Positions 13,994-28,324 of a DNA stretch of 64,000 nucleotides are shown piece after piece (position 1 is the stretch's first letter; every line of letters starts with the position of its first letter). Location of the stretch: positions 13,082,001 to 13,146,000 of the forward strand of contig NC_047030.1 of the NCBI RefSeq assembly GCF_902652985.1, read 5' to 3'. This stretch comes from Pecten maximus. Lineage: Eukaryota. The notes under the pieces were generated by a model. It ran no database searches. It had not been told where the DNA came from and worked only from the letters and a program-made list of their open reading frames with translations. The position numbers and the translations under genes are program-made.

Positions 13994-15522
13994 GATCATG
14001 AAAAGTCAGATGACCCTATATGATGATGGATAGTCAGATGACCCTATATGATGATGAATAGTCAGATGACCCTATAGGATGATGAATTGTTAGATGACCC
14101 TATAGAATGATGGATAGTCACATGACCCTATAGAATGATGAATAGTCAGATGACCCTATAGGACATGAATAGTCAGATGACCATACAGGACATGAATAGT
14201 CAGATGACCATACAGGACATGAATAGTCAGATGACCATATATGATCATGAATAGTCAGATGGCCAGATAGGATGATGGATAGTCAGATGACCCTACATGA
14301 TGGATAGTCAGATGACCATATAGGATCATGAATAGTCAGATGACCCTATAGGACATGAATAGTCAGATGACCCTATAGGATGATGAATAGTCAGATGACC
14401 CTATAGGATGATGAATAGTCAGATGACCATATAGGATGATGGATAGTCAGATGACCCTATAGGATGATGAATAGTCAGATGACCCTATAGGATGATGGAT
14501 AGTCAGATGACCATATATGATGATGAATAGTCAGATGACCCTATAGGATGATGAATAGTCAGATGACCCTATAGGATGATGGATAGTCAGATGACCATAT
14601 AGGATGATGGATAGTCAGATGACCCTATAGGATGATGAATAGTCAGATGACCCTATAGGATGATGGATAGTCAGATGACCATATATGATGATGAATAGTC
14701 AGATGACCATATAGGATGATGAATAGTCAGATGACCCTATAGGATGATGGATAGTCAGATGACCCTATAGGATGATGGATAGTCAGATGACCCTATAGGA
14801 TGATGAATAGTCAGATGACCCTATAGGATGATGAATAGTCAGATGACCTTACAGGACATGAATAGTCAGATGACCCTATAGGATGATGAATAGTCAGATG
14901 ACCCTATAGGACATGAATAGTCAGATGACCATATAGGACATTAATAGTCAGATGACCATATAGGACATTAATAGTCAGATGACCCTATAGGATGATGAAT
15001 AGTCAGAAAACCCTAAAGAATGACGAATAATCAGATGACCATATAGGATGATGGATAGTCAGATGACCCTATAGAAAGATGAATAGTCAGATGACCATAT
15101 AGGATGATGGATAGTCAGATAACCTTAAAGAATGATGAATAGTCAGATGACCCTATAGGATGATGGATAGTCAGATGACCATACAGGATCATGGAAAGTC
15201 AGACGACCATATATGATGATGAATAGTAAGATAACCCTAAAGAATGATGAATAGTCAGATGACCCTATAGGATGATGAATAGTCAGATGACCATATAGGA
15301 TGATGAATAGTCAGATGACCCTATAGGACATGAATAGTCAGATGACCCTACCGGATGATGAATAGTCAGATGACCCTATAGGATGATGAATAGTCAGATG
15401 ACCATATAGGATGATGAATTGTCAGATGACCCTATAGGATGATGAATAGTCAGATGGCCATATAGGATGATGAATAGTCAGATGACCATATAGGATGATG
15501 AATAGTCAGATGACCATATAGG
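13994..15522 (+). repeat. 28-bp minisatellite, ~55 copies
   Basis: Unit gaatagtcagatgaccctataggatgat with 27-bp variants. Confidence 0.95.
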
Positions 15523-15841
15523 TTCCTTCAATATGTTTATCTTTTTGTTTTAGTAATTTTGTAATAAGACCTAATTATTTGATATAATTGCAATTTCAGA
15601 TATTTTTTTTTCTTATTGAAAACTGAATATTACCTTTTTTTTTTTTTTTTTACCTTAATGAGTGTTTTATATAGGAAGCTGAAAACGATAGTGTTAACAA
15701 ATGATTGCAAATTAACAGATTGATTTTTTTCTGTTAATTTTATTCGCTTGTTTCTGTTTAAAAGTTCTCGGAACAGTCCTGATCATATTAGGACTGGGTT
15801 TGTTAAGGCAAAGAATATTTAGTTTTTTTAATCTTTTGCAG

Positions 15842-15960
15842 TAGCATGACACAAAAGGAGAGTTGTACGGCCATGATCTCTCGGATTTTAACACTCTGTA
15901 TTGGGTGTCTCGGCATGATAAAGCCGGGTCTATCTATGCTCAACTAAACTCAATCCGAAG
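15842..15960 (+). pseudogene. Pseudogenised copy of the MFS first coding exon
   Basis: Same acceptor, ATG and donor as 6741-6895 (MTQKESCTAMISRILTLCIGCLGMI...); 1-bp and 35-bp deletions and a TAC>TAA stop; no copies of exons 2-3 seen downstream. Confidence 0.85.
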
Positions 15961-16977
15961 GTACCATTAAAATTTGATTAATGTATTTCTGTCAAGAAAA
16001 CGTGGCTGCCTTTCCCGCGGGTCTTGCTTTACGTTTTCGATGCTTGCAAATTGGAACCACCAGTTCAACCTGGTATTATTTCTGGTCGTTAATAGACTTT
16101 CGTAATACTAACAGTGACGAAGAATTGGTAAAGCTGACCGTCTTTGACCAAGAAATACAATATTAATTCCATGATATAATATTCAGAATATTATCATGAT
16201 TACTATTTCCATTAACATCTGATAAAAGTAACATATTATTTTAATATCTGATCAAATTAGGTAAACAAATATCGAATTAACATCAAATTAGGGCATTGAT
16301 GAATGAATTGCGATTGCGCGTGTGAAAAAACTGTCGTAACTGCATATGCGTTTTGGTTTACTCGTTCGGAGTGCTGCTGCTGTTATTCTTCATTTACTTT
16401 TTTAAGATTATTCATTCAAATCATTACATTTCTTCATATTTTTCCCGTTTTTATCGATTTTGAGTACAATTTATTTTGTCGGGATTCGTTGCATATTTTC
16501 TCATCGTGCGACAGAACTGTCGAAAAGCAAAGTTAGTTAAAGAAGAAATCTTTAAAACAAGCATAATTAAGCTGCATGAAGGGGGATAACCGACTACAAT
16601 GTATTTTTAAATCATGTGTAGTATATTCTAAGTTAGATGGATATTTCAGTAAAAAGATCACATTGTTATGATGATAAGTATGTAAATTTATGGTATTTTT
16701 GTATATAATGACAGAATCAACAGGCATTTTTTGATATTTTGATACCATCTATCGTGTTAAATGATGTCAAATTTTCTTACCTTCTCGACAATTCCCAAAA
16801 TAGCTGCTCGATAGTTTCTATCTCCTTGTTGCATGGATTACACCTATAACAATTTCTTGTGCCTACATTTTTTAGGTAAGTATTTATAGGTATGATTCGT
16901 TGTTGTACTAGGTACTGAAACCATTGTATTGTGGTGTCCTATGGTACTTGGAAACGTGATTTATTATAAGGTTTCTT

Positions 16978-17144
16978 CATATGCATTCCATTAAGCTTCA
17001 GTTGTGCACTAAAAAAATTATATTTGTATTTGTATCTTATTTTCTTTGAAACACGTATATCAATTTGCTATACTTGTTTCAAAGAAAATAAGATACAAAT
17101 ATAAAAAAATTAGTGCACAAGTGAAGCTAAATGGAATGCATATG
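16978..17144. mobile_element. ~167-bp near-perfect palindrome, MITE-like
   Basis: catatgcattccatt...tatcttattttctttgaaaca pairs with tgtttcaaagaaaataagata...aatggaatgcatatg. Confidence 0.65.
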
Positions 17145-19210
17145 GGCCCTCTCTATATAACTAGATTCTAAACTCATTTTTTCTTGCCAGAACGATAATT
17201 TAAAGCAGAAAAAACGTGTAGGTAGTCAAACCAATCACTTCATGTTAGCTGTCAAATTCAAATACAATTTAGGACAATTTTAACAAACTTAAAAACAAAT
17301 TATGAATTGTTATGAGTCAGTTATTAATAAGGAATATTTCCCCATCACAAACAGTAGGGAATCATTTTGACTTTCAAATATGTTTTTTTTTTTAATTTTG
17401 TCTTCGTTTCATTGAACCCACACAGTAATTATCAACTGTTCGAAAAGCATTATTGCCTTTGCCGAAAATACACATTTACAGAATTTCATAACATTCGTAA
17501 AAAAATTTTTAAACACATAAAACATTATTTATAGCGATAGAGATAACAACTACATGTATTGATGTCGCTGTAATGGGTCCCTAAATATCAATAGCACGGC
17601 CGATATTTATGCACATCATAAATCTTCAGATCCAGTTCTATAGCAAATGTGGTTAATTTTGTATGGGTCTATAAACATGAAAACATTGATTCATTGCAGG
17701 TCGTGTTTTTAATCGGAACGTCATCAAACAGGTTTCTATACAAAAATATGATGAAGTATTTATATCCTCTTATTAAATAGAGGATGCCGATGCATTTAAA
17801 ACTTGTTTGAAATTCTGACTTTTAGATCGATAAAACAAGTACGAAATATAAATAAAATATAGATTCATAGAAAAACATGGCGACATTAAAAATGTGTTTA
17901 TGCCATGTGTCCTGGAAGGGGGAGCTGAGAAATGGACCAGTTTGTGCTGTCGTGGCTGTTTTCTTGGGCAAGACACTTAACGATGATTCTATAGGTGATA
18001 TGCTATGGACCTACCGTATGTCGGTCAGTAAGGTAGCCACTAGCCACTACAAGGAGACTGTGACAAACAAACATACAACCAAAACCCTGGGTGGTGATTA
18101 CCAGATAGAAGCCAATACTTGTGGACCGATATGATTTTTTCTGACTTCTTTCTGAATTTTTCACACTGTCAACCCCTAGTATCGTTGACGAGTCTCCTCA
18201 GGATAAAAAGACCAGTCTGAACCGGTTTAAAGTATTCCGCATAGACTTATCTTTGATTAAATTCCTACATAAGGTAGTGCATTTTTGCAACCCTTTACGA
18301 CATACTTGAATTTGTTCACATCTTGTTTCACTTTCGTCAGCTATCATCCGGATTCAAGGAAATATCTGTTTTGTGTTTTATGATTCTATGGAAACTGAAT
18401 GTCATAATTCATTGCTGAACACACACATACAATTGATTTCGAAATGTCGTTTCTACCGCATGGACAGCAATAGACAAACACTCAAGATGCCATTAAGTAG
18501 CCTCATGTAATAAATTCATAGTATTTAACGTACAGAGCATAATATTTGAGAGTTTAGTATGTTTGTCAGGCCACACACCTTGTTTTTCCTAACAACAACC
18601 AACTCTACCTCATACACAAGGCTATAATGCCATCTTGGTTTAAACAATATTTTCTTTTCATCAATTACACACTAGTTGTATGATATATATACAATGAGGT
18701 TTGTAAAACAAGTTGGAAGCTCTTACACATATACATATACACACATCATTGATGAGATGGATAAATGATAAAAAAAACAATAAAAATACGATAAGACACA
18801 TTATTTGATAAAATAAGCTTAACACATTGACAATGATAAGAATAAAAAACTTCAAATCAAAAGTGCTGCTGTCTAAGGCAAGTATAATTATTACAGGTGA
18901 ACAAAAGATTAAACTATCCTCTATTGAAAATTCACAATAAACAGTTATGCAATTACACGTCCATGCTTATAAAGATAAATATCTTATGCATCGACATATA
19001 ACTGCAAAATCAACCTGTGCTCAAAGCACACACTGTTGTCAAGGAAAGGCGTAGAAAAACACGTTCTTATTTGAGTATTACTTTGTCATATTCGCGATTA
19101 TTCGACAGAATACAAGTACTTTCAAATGCAGTGTTTAACAGTCATTATACACCACACATGCGCAGTACGCTGGCAGCTTTTTGTAACTATGGGCGAAGCG
19201 TACGTGCACC

Positions 19211-19345
19211 AATAGAAGCTCGGAAGGTGGAGCATTTCCTGGAAAGGAATCTACATGGGATAGACGTGTGCCTGGTGGCCTGTATCACAAGACCTTCGGG
19301 ACAACGAAAGGTACACATAAACTTGGCGGAGGCCTACTTCTAAAG
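19211..19345 (+). other. Putative non-coding exon 1 of mucin-like gene A
   Basis: Conserved with 28203-28324 up to and just past a donor (AAG|GTAAGA vs AAG|GTGAGA). Confidence 0.6.
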
Positions 19346-21194
19346 GTAAGAAATAAGACTCATTTTATCTTAGCTTTTATTGTGATTAAAATGATAGTAT
19401 TACTTATACTTGATTTTGTAGTTTACTTCTTTTTGATTCTCATCTATCTCTCAATTTGTTTTGAAAGGTTCAAATAGCTTGTATGTCGTTTGTGAAATCT
19501 TTTGAAGAATTCAAAATGGACTTCGTTTGTTTTGGTGTCACCTGCGTTACTTCGACTCTGGCCTTTTCCCTTTGCACGATACGGATGCTTTTAGGTTTTA
19601 TACTAGACAGTTTTTAACCACATGTTGATCATAGGGCAGACGCTAATGAAAACAATGTATCTAAATATTTTATGTTGGATTTTTCATCATCATACTTATC
19701 AACTTGGAAATAAGGCCTGTAGACGTGGGCACCGCAGCATTAGTAAATCAAGGTTATTGATGACCAGTGATTATTGGGTTAAACTTTAAAATCAAATTAT
19801 ATCTTTATAACAGATAGTCATTTCCATATAGGTGATCATGCTCATTTATATGTTTTATTCTGATTTTGTTGTCAGCGGTAGTTCGGTATTATCAACTTTA
19901 GCATTGCCATCACTGTTTCAAAATGTTTAATAAAACAATAAGCGTGGGTTATTTATGGCTGTATAATCCGGTTTTTGACACAGTGGGTGGGTATATATAA
20001 CAGTGTCACGTGACCACGCTGCCTGCTGACGTCACTGGTTGCTTAGATACAGATTATTGTTTATCTGGCATTAAAACGTGCAAACGAAATTCACAAAGGA
20101 GCATCCTGTTATTTTCATCGATTCCAATGTGTGTTGTAATATTTGTATAACGTCAATTAGGCAGTTGTCTAATGGAGTATTAAGCATTAAACAATCATAT
20201 GTGAACGAAATATAGTAACATTGTCGTTGTGGGCATGGTAAGAGTGTACCATTTCTTGCACACCTCTCACACCTTATACACACATCTCACACACGTGCAT
20301 ACATCATACGTAATAGTATATAATTATTCCTCTTTTGGTTCCCAGCAATAGCCGAGGGGTCATTTAGACGCACTGGGTAAAAAAAGAATTATTTACATTT
20401 ATTTTTATACACTGATGTGGATTCCCTTGGTCAAGCGTCTAGTCCAATGGTCATTTTGATATTACTCGGTCAAGCGTCTAGTCCAATGGTCATTTTGATA
20501 TTAGGAGAGCGTGAATGAGCATCTTGGATTGCCATAAATACATGTGTGCAACTAGAAGTTAAGGTTATTTGGGAGTATGCGGCTTTAAGTATTGGTCATG
20601 TAAATGTCATCTAGCCAAGCTAACCTTTGAAGAATAGATGACCACTTTGACCTTTAAACTTATTGACCTATATTTTGACCTTTTCGTCACTCATTTTTAT
20701 AGGATTTGAGAATAAAATGTATACCAAATTGATAAGAATTAATGAGCTATTTTTGCCTGTGACTTTAAGGACTTATGAGATAATAGGTACATTATGTATA
20801 CATTGATACCATCAGATTTATCAAACATTTTAAACACACTCGAACAATTGTAGATGATACAAAATGTAGTTGTAGATAATACACATATTATATATCATCA
20901 AATGAAGTTTAAGATAATAGGTATATTTTATTTAACTGAATACCGCTGTAGATGGTAAACATATTATTTTCTACGTATAACGCATTAGATGATAGTTATA
21001 TATAATACATGGATACCGGTTATATAGCAATATTATATATACCTAGATAACGCTTATGATATATTTTTCATTTTTGGTCCAGTGTAAAGGAGCTCTATCG
21101 GCATCTGTATTTGAAACATATCAACTCACATATACCCAGATACAGCTTAAGCTGAATGTATCAGTGATCATCTCATACACATTTATGTTTACAG

Positions 21195-23355
21195 ATGAAA
21201 TCTATTCAGCAACCAGCTCTCGATCTACAAACCCTGTTATGTGTTACAGGTGAGTCATTCCATTTTAATTAAGGATTTCTGCTGGCGTTGTCAAGGGTTA
21301 AAGTTCACGATGGTATCGATATTCTGAAGTTCATTAGCTTTGTATTGATACACTGTAAATCATCTTATTTTCGCGTGTGATTAATTTTCGAGTATTTCGC
21401 ACGCGAATAATAGTCCCGCACACTTATCGCCGCGAAAAGGTATGAACCACAGGTACAGTAGGCCTTTTATCAGTATAAATCGCGAAATTGAATTGCCAAG
21501 AAGAGAGAAATAAACTAGCCACGAAAGTAATTGGTTTACGGTATGTATTAGAATTAATTTTGAAAACACACTATCAAGTAATTACTGACTGTAAAGGGGA
21601 TCATATAACGGAGATACGAGGTAATGGATCCAGCGTATATTATATTTATTCAATATTTCTTTATTCATTTTGCCATTCCTACAAAACAAAATATGTGCTC
21701 CTGTACTTATCCCCTTTATCTCACTGTGATACATAGCTTGTATTACTATGTATTCTAAGTAGTTCATAATTGGATTATGCATGATACAAGAGAATTGGAA
21801 ACTTTCGTTTGGCAGATAATTGATCGTCTATTGATTTTTTGTTTTATTTTGAATTACATTGATATATGGTTCTCTTAGTTTCCATATATATAATAAGATA
21901 CAACAATTATATTAAACTTTACACCTCTGTGGAACTTGACAGGAAGTCGCTTAATTCGTGGATCCCTTAAATGGTTTCTGTGTTTAGCATAAGAATAAAT
22001 ATAAATGATGTTTTTGTATTCACAAGCATGATAACGTTTTGTTTCTGGTCAATATTTTTATTTTATGTCAATTAACTTTGAAGAGCTCTATAGCGATTAT
22101 AATTCGCGGAGGTTTTATTTTCGCGTGAATAGGTTCCGAGAACGAAAACGCGAATTATTGATCCTGCGATATACAGTATCACATAACAGATCACTCATTG
22201 CCTAAATGATACTATTTTATTTTCCATATTATTTAACATCTTTTATTATGTAAAATCTTATACTAATAGCATATCATGTTTTCAGTGTTTTACATAGCTC
22301 TGGTACCCGCCATGACTGATGCTAGTACTACCTTTACCGTCTTTTCTTCCATTCCAACTACTGCAACACAAACTACTACCATTTCAACGAGTGCCACTCA
22401 AACTACAGCCGCTACAACGAGTGCCACTCATACTACTGCTACTCCAACAAGTGCCACTCACATCACAGCCACTACTTTGACCCCTACTCCAACGAGTGCC
22501 ACTAAAACTACTGTCACTTCAACGAGTGCCACTCAAACTACAGCCGATACAACGAGTGCCACTCATACTACTGCTACTCCAACAAGTGCCACTCACATCA
22601 CAGCCACTACTTTGACCCCTACTCCAACGAGTGCCACTCAAACTACAGCCGCTATAACGAGTGCCACTCATACTACTGCTACTCCAACAAGTGCCACTCA
22701 CATCACAGCCACTACTTTGACCCCTACTCCAACGAGTGCCACTAAAACTACTGTCACTTCAACGAGTGCCACGCATACTACTGCCACTCCAACAAGTGCC
22801 ACTCACATCACAGCCACTACTTTGACCCCTACTCCAACGAGTGCCACTCAAACTACTGTCACTTCAATCATTGCTACACAAGCTACTGTCACTTCAACGA
22901 GTGCCACGCATACTACTGCCACTCCAACAAGTGCCACTCACATCACAGCCACTACTTTGACCCCTACTCCAACGATTACCACGCAAGCTACTGTCACTTC
23001 AACGAGTGCCACTCATACTACTGCTACTCCAACAAGTGCCACTCACATCACAGCCACTACTTTGACCCCTACTCCAACGATTACCACGCAAACTACTGTC
23101 ACTTCAATCATTGCTACACAAACTACTGTCACTTCAACGATTGCCACGCCAACAACTGCCACTGGAATAACCCCTACTCCAACGACCGTCAGCCCAATAA
23201 CTTCCACGGCAGTCAGTTCCACTATTACGACTCAGACAATTTCAAACTCACTTGGTTCTGGTGCTTCAAAATGTGCAAAAATCAACACAGTCGTCATGTC
23301 CATCATAACTTTTGTGTATACTGTATACAATGGTTTGCAATCTACATACATGTAG
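21195..23355 (+). CDS. Gene A: Thr-rich mucin-like protein, signal peptide + probable GPI anchor, ~374 aa; exons 21195-21249 and 22286-23355 (alternative in-frame acceptor 22298)
   Basis: tttacAG|ATG, 55-nt phase-1 exon with GTGAGT donor; spliced N-terminus MKSIQQPALDLQTLLCVTVFYIALVPAMTDA; TSATHTTATP/TSATHITATTLTPTP repeats; tail GSGASKCAKINTVVMSIITFVYTVYNGLQSTYM. Confidence 0.8.
21353..21541. mobile_element. Tc1/mariner-type MITE (CTGTAAA...TTTACGG ends, internal TTTCGCG motifs)
   Basis: Short TIRs and inverted ttttcgcg/cgcgaaa motifs; related pieces at ~22095-22178 and 51307-51546. Confidence 0.6.
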
Positions 23356-23526
23356 CCTACCACATGGTTACTCTTGGCAACGGCCTGTAAAAATGCATTC
23401 CTAAAATAAAACTTATTACAACTTGAAGATTACGGGGTGTTCTAAAGATGCATTAGAATAAATTGAAAGCTGTGAAGAACCGATATAGATAGCTACCTGT
23501 TTAACAATAATTTACCGGGCTAGTAT

Positions 23527-23878
23527 ATAGAGGATATCTAACAGTGCGCAGCACTCGTGAAAAATATCAAAATATTAGCCACACGAGTGAAATATATTTG
23601 GTATTACTGAAGACACTGTTAGATATTCTGTTTATTACATTTTTTATCAACGAAAAACCTACCCCGTATGCTAACTGGGCCTAATATAAACAAAAAAAGT
23701 AGTTCCCCCTGTCCAGGTGCTGACATATATGTCGGGCTTTCTGACTGGGCAATTATTTTGGTATTTTCTAATCATTAATTTGATTGGTCAAATCAGCAAA
23801 AGTGATATTTTTCAATAGTGAAAAATATCACTTTTATAGAATGAACAATTTTTGATATTTCACTGGTAAAAATGTAAT
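23527..23878. mobile_element. Non-autonomous palindromic element, Crypton-like architecture
   Basis: Terminal hairpin agaggatatctaacagtg...cactgttagatattct followed by attacatttt that pairs with distal aaaatgtaat; same layout as 39937-40484 and 40853-41779. Confidence 0.55.
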
Positions 23879-24271
23879 GTAATATGGTATTACAATAGCA
23901 CATTGGAATGGATTGATATGTGAGATATCATTTTGCCAGTTTAATCAAACAAATCACAGTAGTTTTTAGGATCATTGGTCTATGTAGATTGCATTTGCAA
24001 TATCAAGGTCGGTAAAATTTCGGGTTACATTTTTTTTGTAATTGTTTGACCTTATAACAGTTTTTAATGACCTCCGATGTTATTCTCATCCCTACTATTC
24101 TGTCTGAGATATAACGACAATTTAATCAATAAATTGCAAGATAGTTTTAAAAAAGAACCACCCCACTCGAAATCAACCTGTTAACAGGAAAGATGTACTT
24201 TTACGCTTTGGTTTTTTTTGTGTAAATACTAAATGCATTGTTAAACCTACTAGCATGTTAAGGAATTAACC

Positions 24272-25043
24272 GAATATGTTTTGTATACGATATGTTTTGT
24301 ATACGATAATATGTTGTGTATAAGATGATATGTTTTGTATACGATGATATATTTTGTATACGATAATATGTTTTGTATACGATAATATGTTTTGTATACG
24401 ATAATATGTTTTGTATACGATAATATGTTTTGTATACGATAATATGTTTTGTATACGATAATGTGTTTTGTATACGATAATGAGTTTTGTATACGATACT
24501 ATAATTTGTATACGATAGTATATTTTGTATACGATAAAATGTTTTATACGATAATATATTTTGTATACGATAATATATTTTGTATACGATAATAATATGT
24601 TTTGTATACGCTAATATGTTTTGTACGCTAATATGTTTTGTATACGATAATGTATTTTGTATACGATAATATGTTTTGTTTACGATAATATGTTAGTATA
24701 CGATGATATATTTTGTATACGATAATATATTTTGTATACGATAATATGTTTTGTATACGATAATATATTTTGTATACGATAATATGTTTTGTATACGATA
24801 CTATATTTTGTATATGATAATATATTTTGTATACGATAATGTATTTTGTATACGATAATATATTTTGTATACTATAATATATTTTGTATACGATAATATA
24901 TTTTGTATACGATAATATATTTTGTATACGATAATTTATTTTGTATACTATAATATATTTTGTATACTATTAATATATTTTGTATACGATAATTTATTTT
25001 GTATACTATAATATATTTTGTATACTATAATATATTTCGTATC
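24272..25043 (+). repeat. 19-bp minisatellite, ~40 copies
   Basis: Unit gataatatgttttgtatac drifting to tataatatattttgtatac at the 3' end. Confidence 0.95.
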
Positions 25044-28000
25044 CAATGATACACAGTCATCCGTCCATTATTCTTAATCAGAAAAAGCAAATTTGTGAAT
25101 TATATATTTTTATAAAATTATTCATATACATTTATTATGCATCAGATTGATTTGTTGTTCTGTTTTGTGAGTAATAAAACTTTCTGTCTTGGTTGTTTTG
25201 TCTCGAAAATGTTTTGATGTTGCACAATGGTGATACTTAAAGACTACCTTTCAGTGGTACCTAAATCTGCATTAGAAACATGGACAAGCTTTAGCGGCAC
25301 CACATAAACGGTTTTGGCACTACGTAGTGTGAATAACAATGTCTATGATGTAATATAAAAAAAAACATGTAGTCTGCCCATATTAACTTGGTGTATGTTA
25401 TCAATGGCTTCCTAGGCTCCATAACACATTATGTTCACCTTCAATGGATGTCTGTTTCATATCGTTCAAATAGGCTCTTCCTAAAGATACGTATTTCACT
25501 AATTACAACTACTAAACATTATTGACGAAGTAAGTCTACTGTTACGTGGAAATAGACCATAACACCAGCAATATTTAATTCTCTCATCATACAGATTTAT
25601 CCCCCGTTTTACGTCGTGGTCAATATATCTCTGTCATCACCTAGGGTATGATTTCTCGTCATCCCCTAGGGCGTTATTTTTCTATCAACCCCTAGAGAGT
25701 GACAGATATACGCTTGCTAGAAAAATACAAGTCGATCACGTCACGTCAACATTTAGTTATTATATATCATAATATTTTTTTTTTTAAATATTTGAACTGC
25801 TGGACCCTGCAATAATAAAATTTCTAATGGGAAAACAATAATCATTCTCTACCCTGATGGCGTGGTGAAGAGCCTCGGATTAGAAAATCAAGAATCTGGC
25901 TGGAGAGTTATCTGCCATAACCTCAAGGTAGGGAAATTCTACAAATCAAAACATGATGATACTGTCGCGACTATTGACACTGGTTCATGTAGAGTAAAAC
26001 AAGGAAAATAAAAATTGACACGACCAAGAAAAACATTAGACTTGATGTTTGACTTAACCTAGTTTTTACGTACTGACATATACTATGATATAAAAAAAAC
26101 TCGACTTCATCGGTTACTTACCATATACAAAGCAAAATATTAAACCAAACATTTTATGCCGTAAAGATTTTTTAATTAATCAAACATATATGCACAAAAT
26201 ATAGAATACGAACGTCGTGTATTTGACACTGGTTATGCCAAGCACACGTGCATACACACGCACACACATGTTGATATTCTCGGGATGAATGCAAGTCTGC
26301 CATGCATACCCATTTTGTATAAAAAGCATCTAGTTAATTTTAAGGGAATGATATCCATATCATTTCATCCCATACATATTATAATTCTTTTTGTAATATA
26401 AGGGTGAGATTTCCGAGACCATGAATAATTTATTTCGACATTTCAATAGGGATTGACACCCAAATCATATAACAAAAATATCAAATCATGTACACCGTTG
26501 ACCGTTTGTCTATCACACGCCCACCGGATTTAGATGTATATTTCATTGATGACGTCATTCAGTTTGCGATAGTGTAGGTTTCTCTCATTTTGGAGTTCTT
26601 GCCAGTCGGAAATACGCGTTCGATAATCACATACAAATAAATAAACATATTAAACTGAAAAATAAATTATTCTTCTACGATTAAATAAAAATACAATTGT
26701 AAGATTAAGCATTTTGCTTTAAAAAGTTCCAATATTATCTCCATTGCTATGGTCCTCTTATGTTTCATTTGCGAAGTAATATCAAATAAAAAAAACTGAT
26801 AAACAGTGTAAACACATAAGAGCCTGGTTAGCTTGATCTTTTATTTAAAAAAAGCTGCATTATCATTTTTTTAAGAAAACATAACATGGACATGCTGAAA
26901 ATACCATGATAAATCTTTAATACACTAGGGACAGAGTTTTGTGCTAAGTAATTAAAATTGATTGACAGTATTGCTTTGTAATTTTTAAAAGAAAAACAAG
27001 CATAGAGGAAAATCCGTTTTACATTTAAAAATTGTAAAGTGAGCTGAAATAAAATATTTATACTAGGTTTTATTATTACACAGGGACGGATACCTGCACT
27101 TATAACCCAATAAATAAAATGTCCACTTTCAACATAGCCGTCATGTTCCCTGATAACCACAAATATTAAATGTCCTTGCAACTGTTAATCAATTTTCTGA
27201 CAAGAACGCTACATAATAGATTCATGTTCGTTTACACATTAAATTACCCGATCTGGAATCAAATATGGCTTCCTCGTCCTAGAATCTGATTGGCCATGCC
27301 AGTGTTGGTCCACATCGTAGTTCTAATCGTACAAGTCGACTATACCTAATACCTGGAAGCGAAATCTACATTACTTTGGGCTTGTCTAAAACCTTGTTGA
27401 CTTTTCTGAAAACGACTGATAGCACAGGGGAGGTAAGCCCTACACAAAGAGTCGTTGTCATCATGCATCGACGAGAACTAAAACGAAACTGTGAACTAGG
27501 TGGATTTTATCTAAATGATGGTATACAGCTGTTGAATTGTGCTAAAGCAATCTCACTAATCATTCACAAGTATGAATAAGAGAAATGCGATCTTCTTTAG
27601 GCAACCACAAACTTGACGACGTATATCCTAAATGCACCGTGGTAATTGTTTTTAGATCCAATATGCTAATATTCAGTAATATCCTACCAATCCTTTATGA
27701 CGAACCAGAATAAAGAAAGGGGTTTAAACGAATACGTCTGTACATGCTTTATTTTTCCATTGTTACAATGATTATCCTGAAGTGCACCATTTCTGTCTGA
27801 GAGATGATTCCTTAATATGAAACCTAAAAGTATGAAGTACACAGAAAAATTCCTTCACGTGAAATTCCCGTGACATTTTTTCACATGAAATTCACATGGA
27901 TTTTCCAACATGTAAGTTATATTATAATTATGCAAATGCAAGGAAACCCTTATAGAGATATTAACTAACTGACTACATAGTGACACAGAATTAAAAAAAG

Positions 28001-28202
28001 CACCTTTCATTAAAGCAGACATTGATATAAATATTATTTGGGAATTGGTGTTATTTAAATGCTTTTATGTCATACTCTCGATATATAATAACATTTAATT
28101 ATCAGTCGGTGGAATCATCACATGTACTTTCAACTTTAGTGGTTTACATATCAAGTTTACACCAAACATGGGCACTGGCAAGTTTTTGACACTATTTAGA
28201 CT

Positions 28203-28324
28203 AATAGAAGCGGCGGAGGTGCAGCATTTCCTGGAAAGAAACCTACATGCGATAGACGTGTGTTTGGTGGCCTAGCGGGACAACGAAAGGTACACATAAA
28301 CTCGGTGGAGGTCTGCTTCTGAAG
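28203..28324 (+). other. Putative non-coding exon 1 of gene B (paralog of A)
   Basis: Homologous to 19211-19345, with donor GTGAGA. Confidence 0.6.

Larger units (their letters stand above)
11345..15965 (+). repeat. Segmental duplication copy 2
   Basis: Colinear with 20-900 plus 4505-6900; homology stops just after the exon donor at 15961. Confidence 0.9.

Noticed and set aside
20330-20770. TGACCT-rich stretch with a 39-bp duplication (similar at ~32940-33280) as nuclear-receptor enhancers
   Set aside because: More likely decayed interspersed repeats; boundaries cannot be defined
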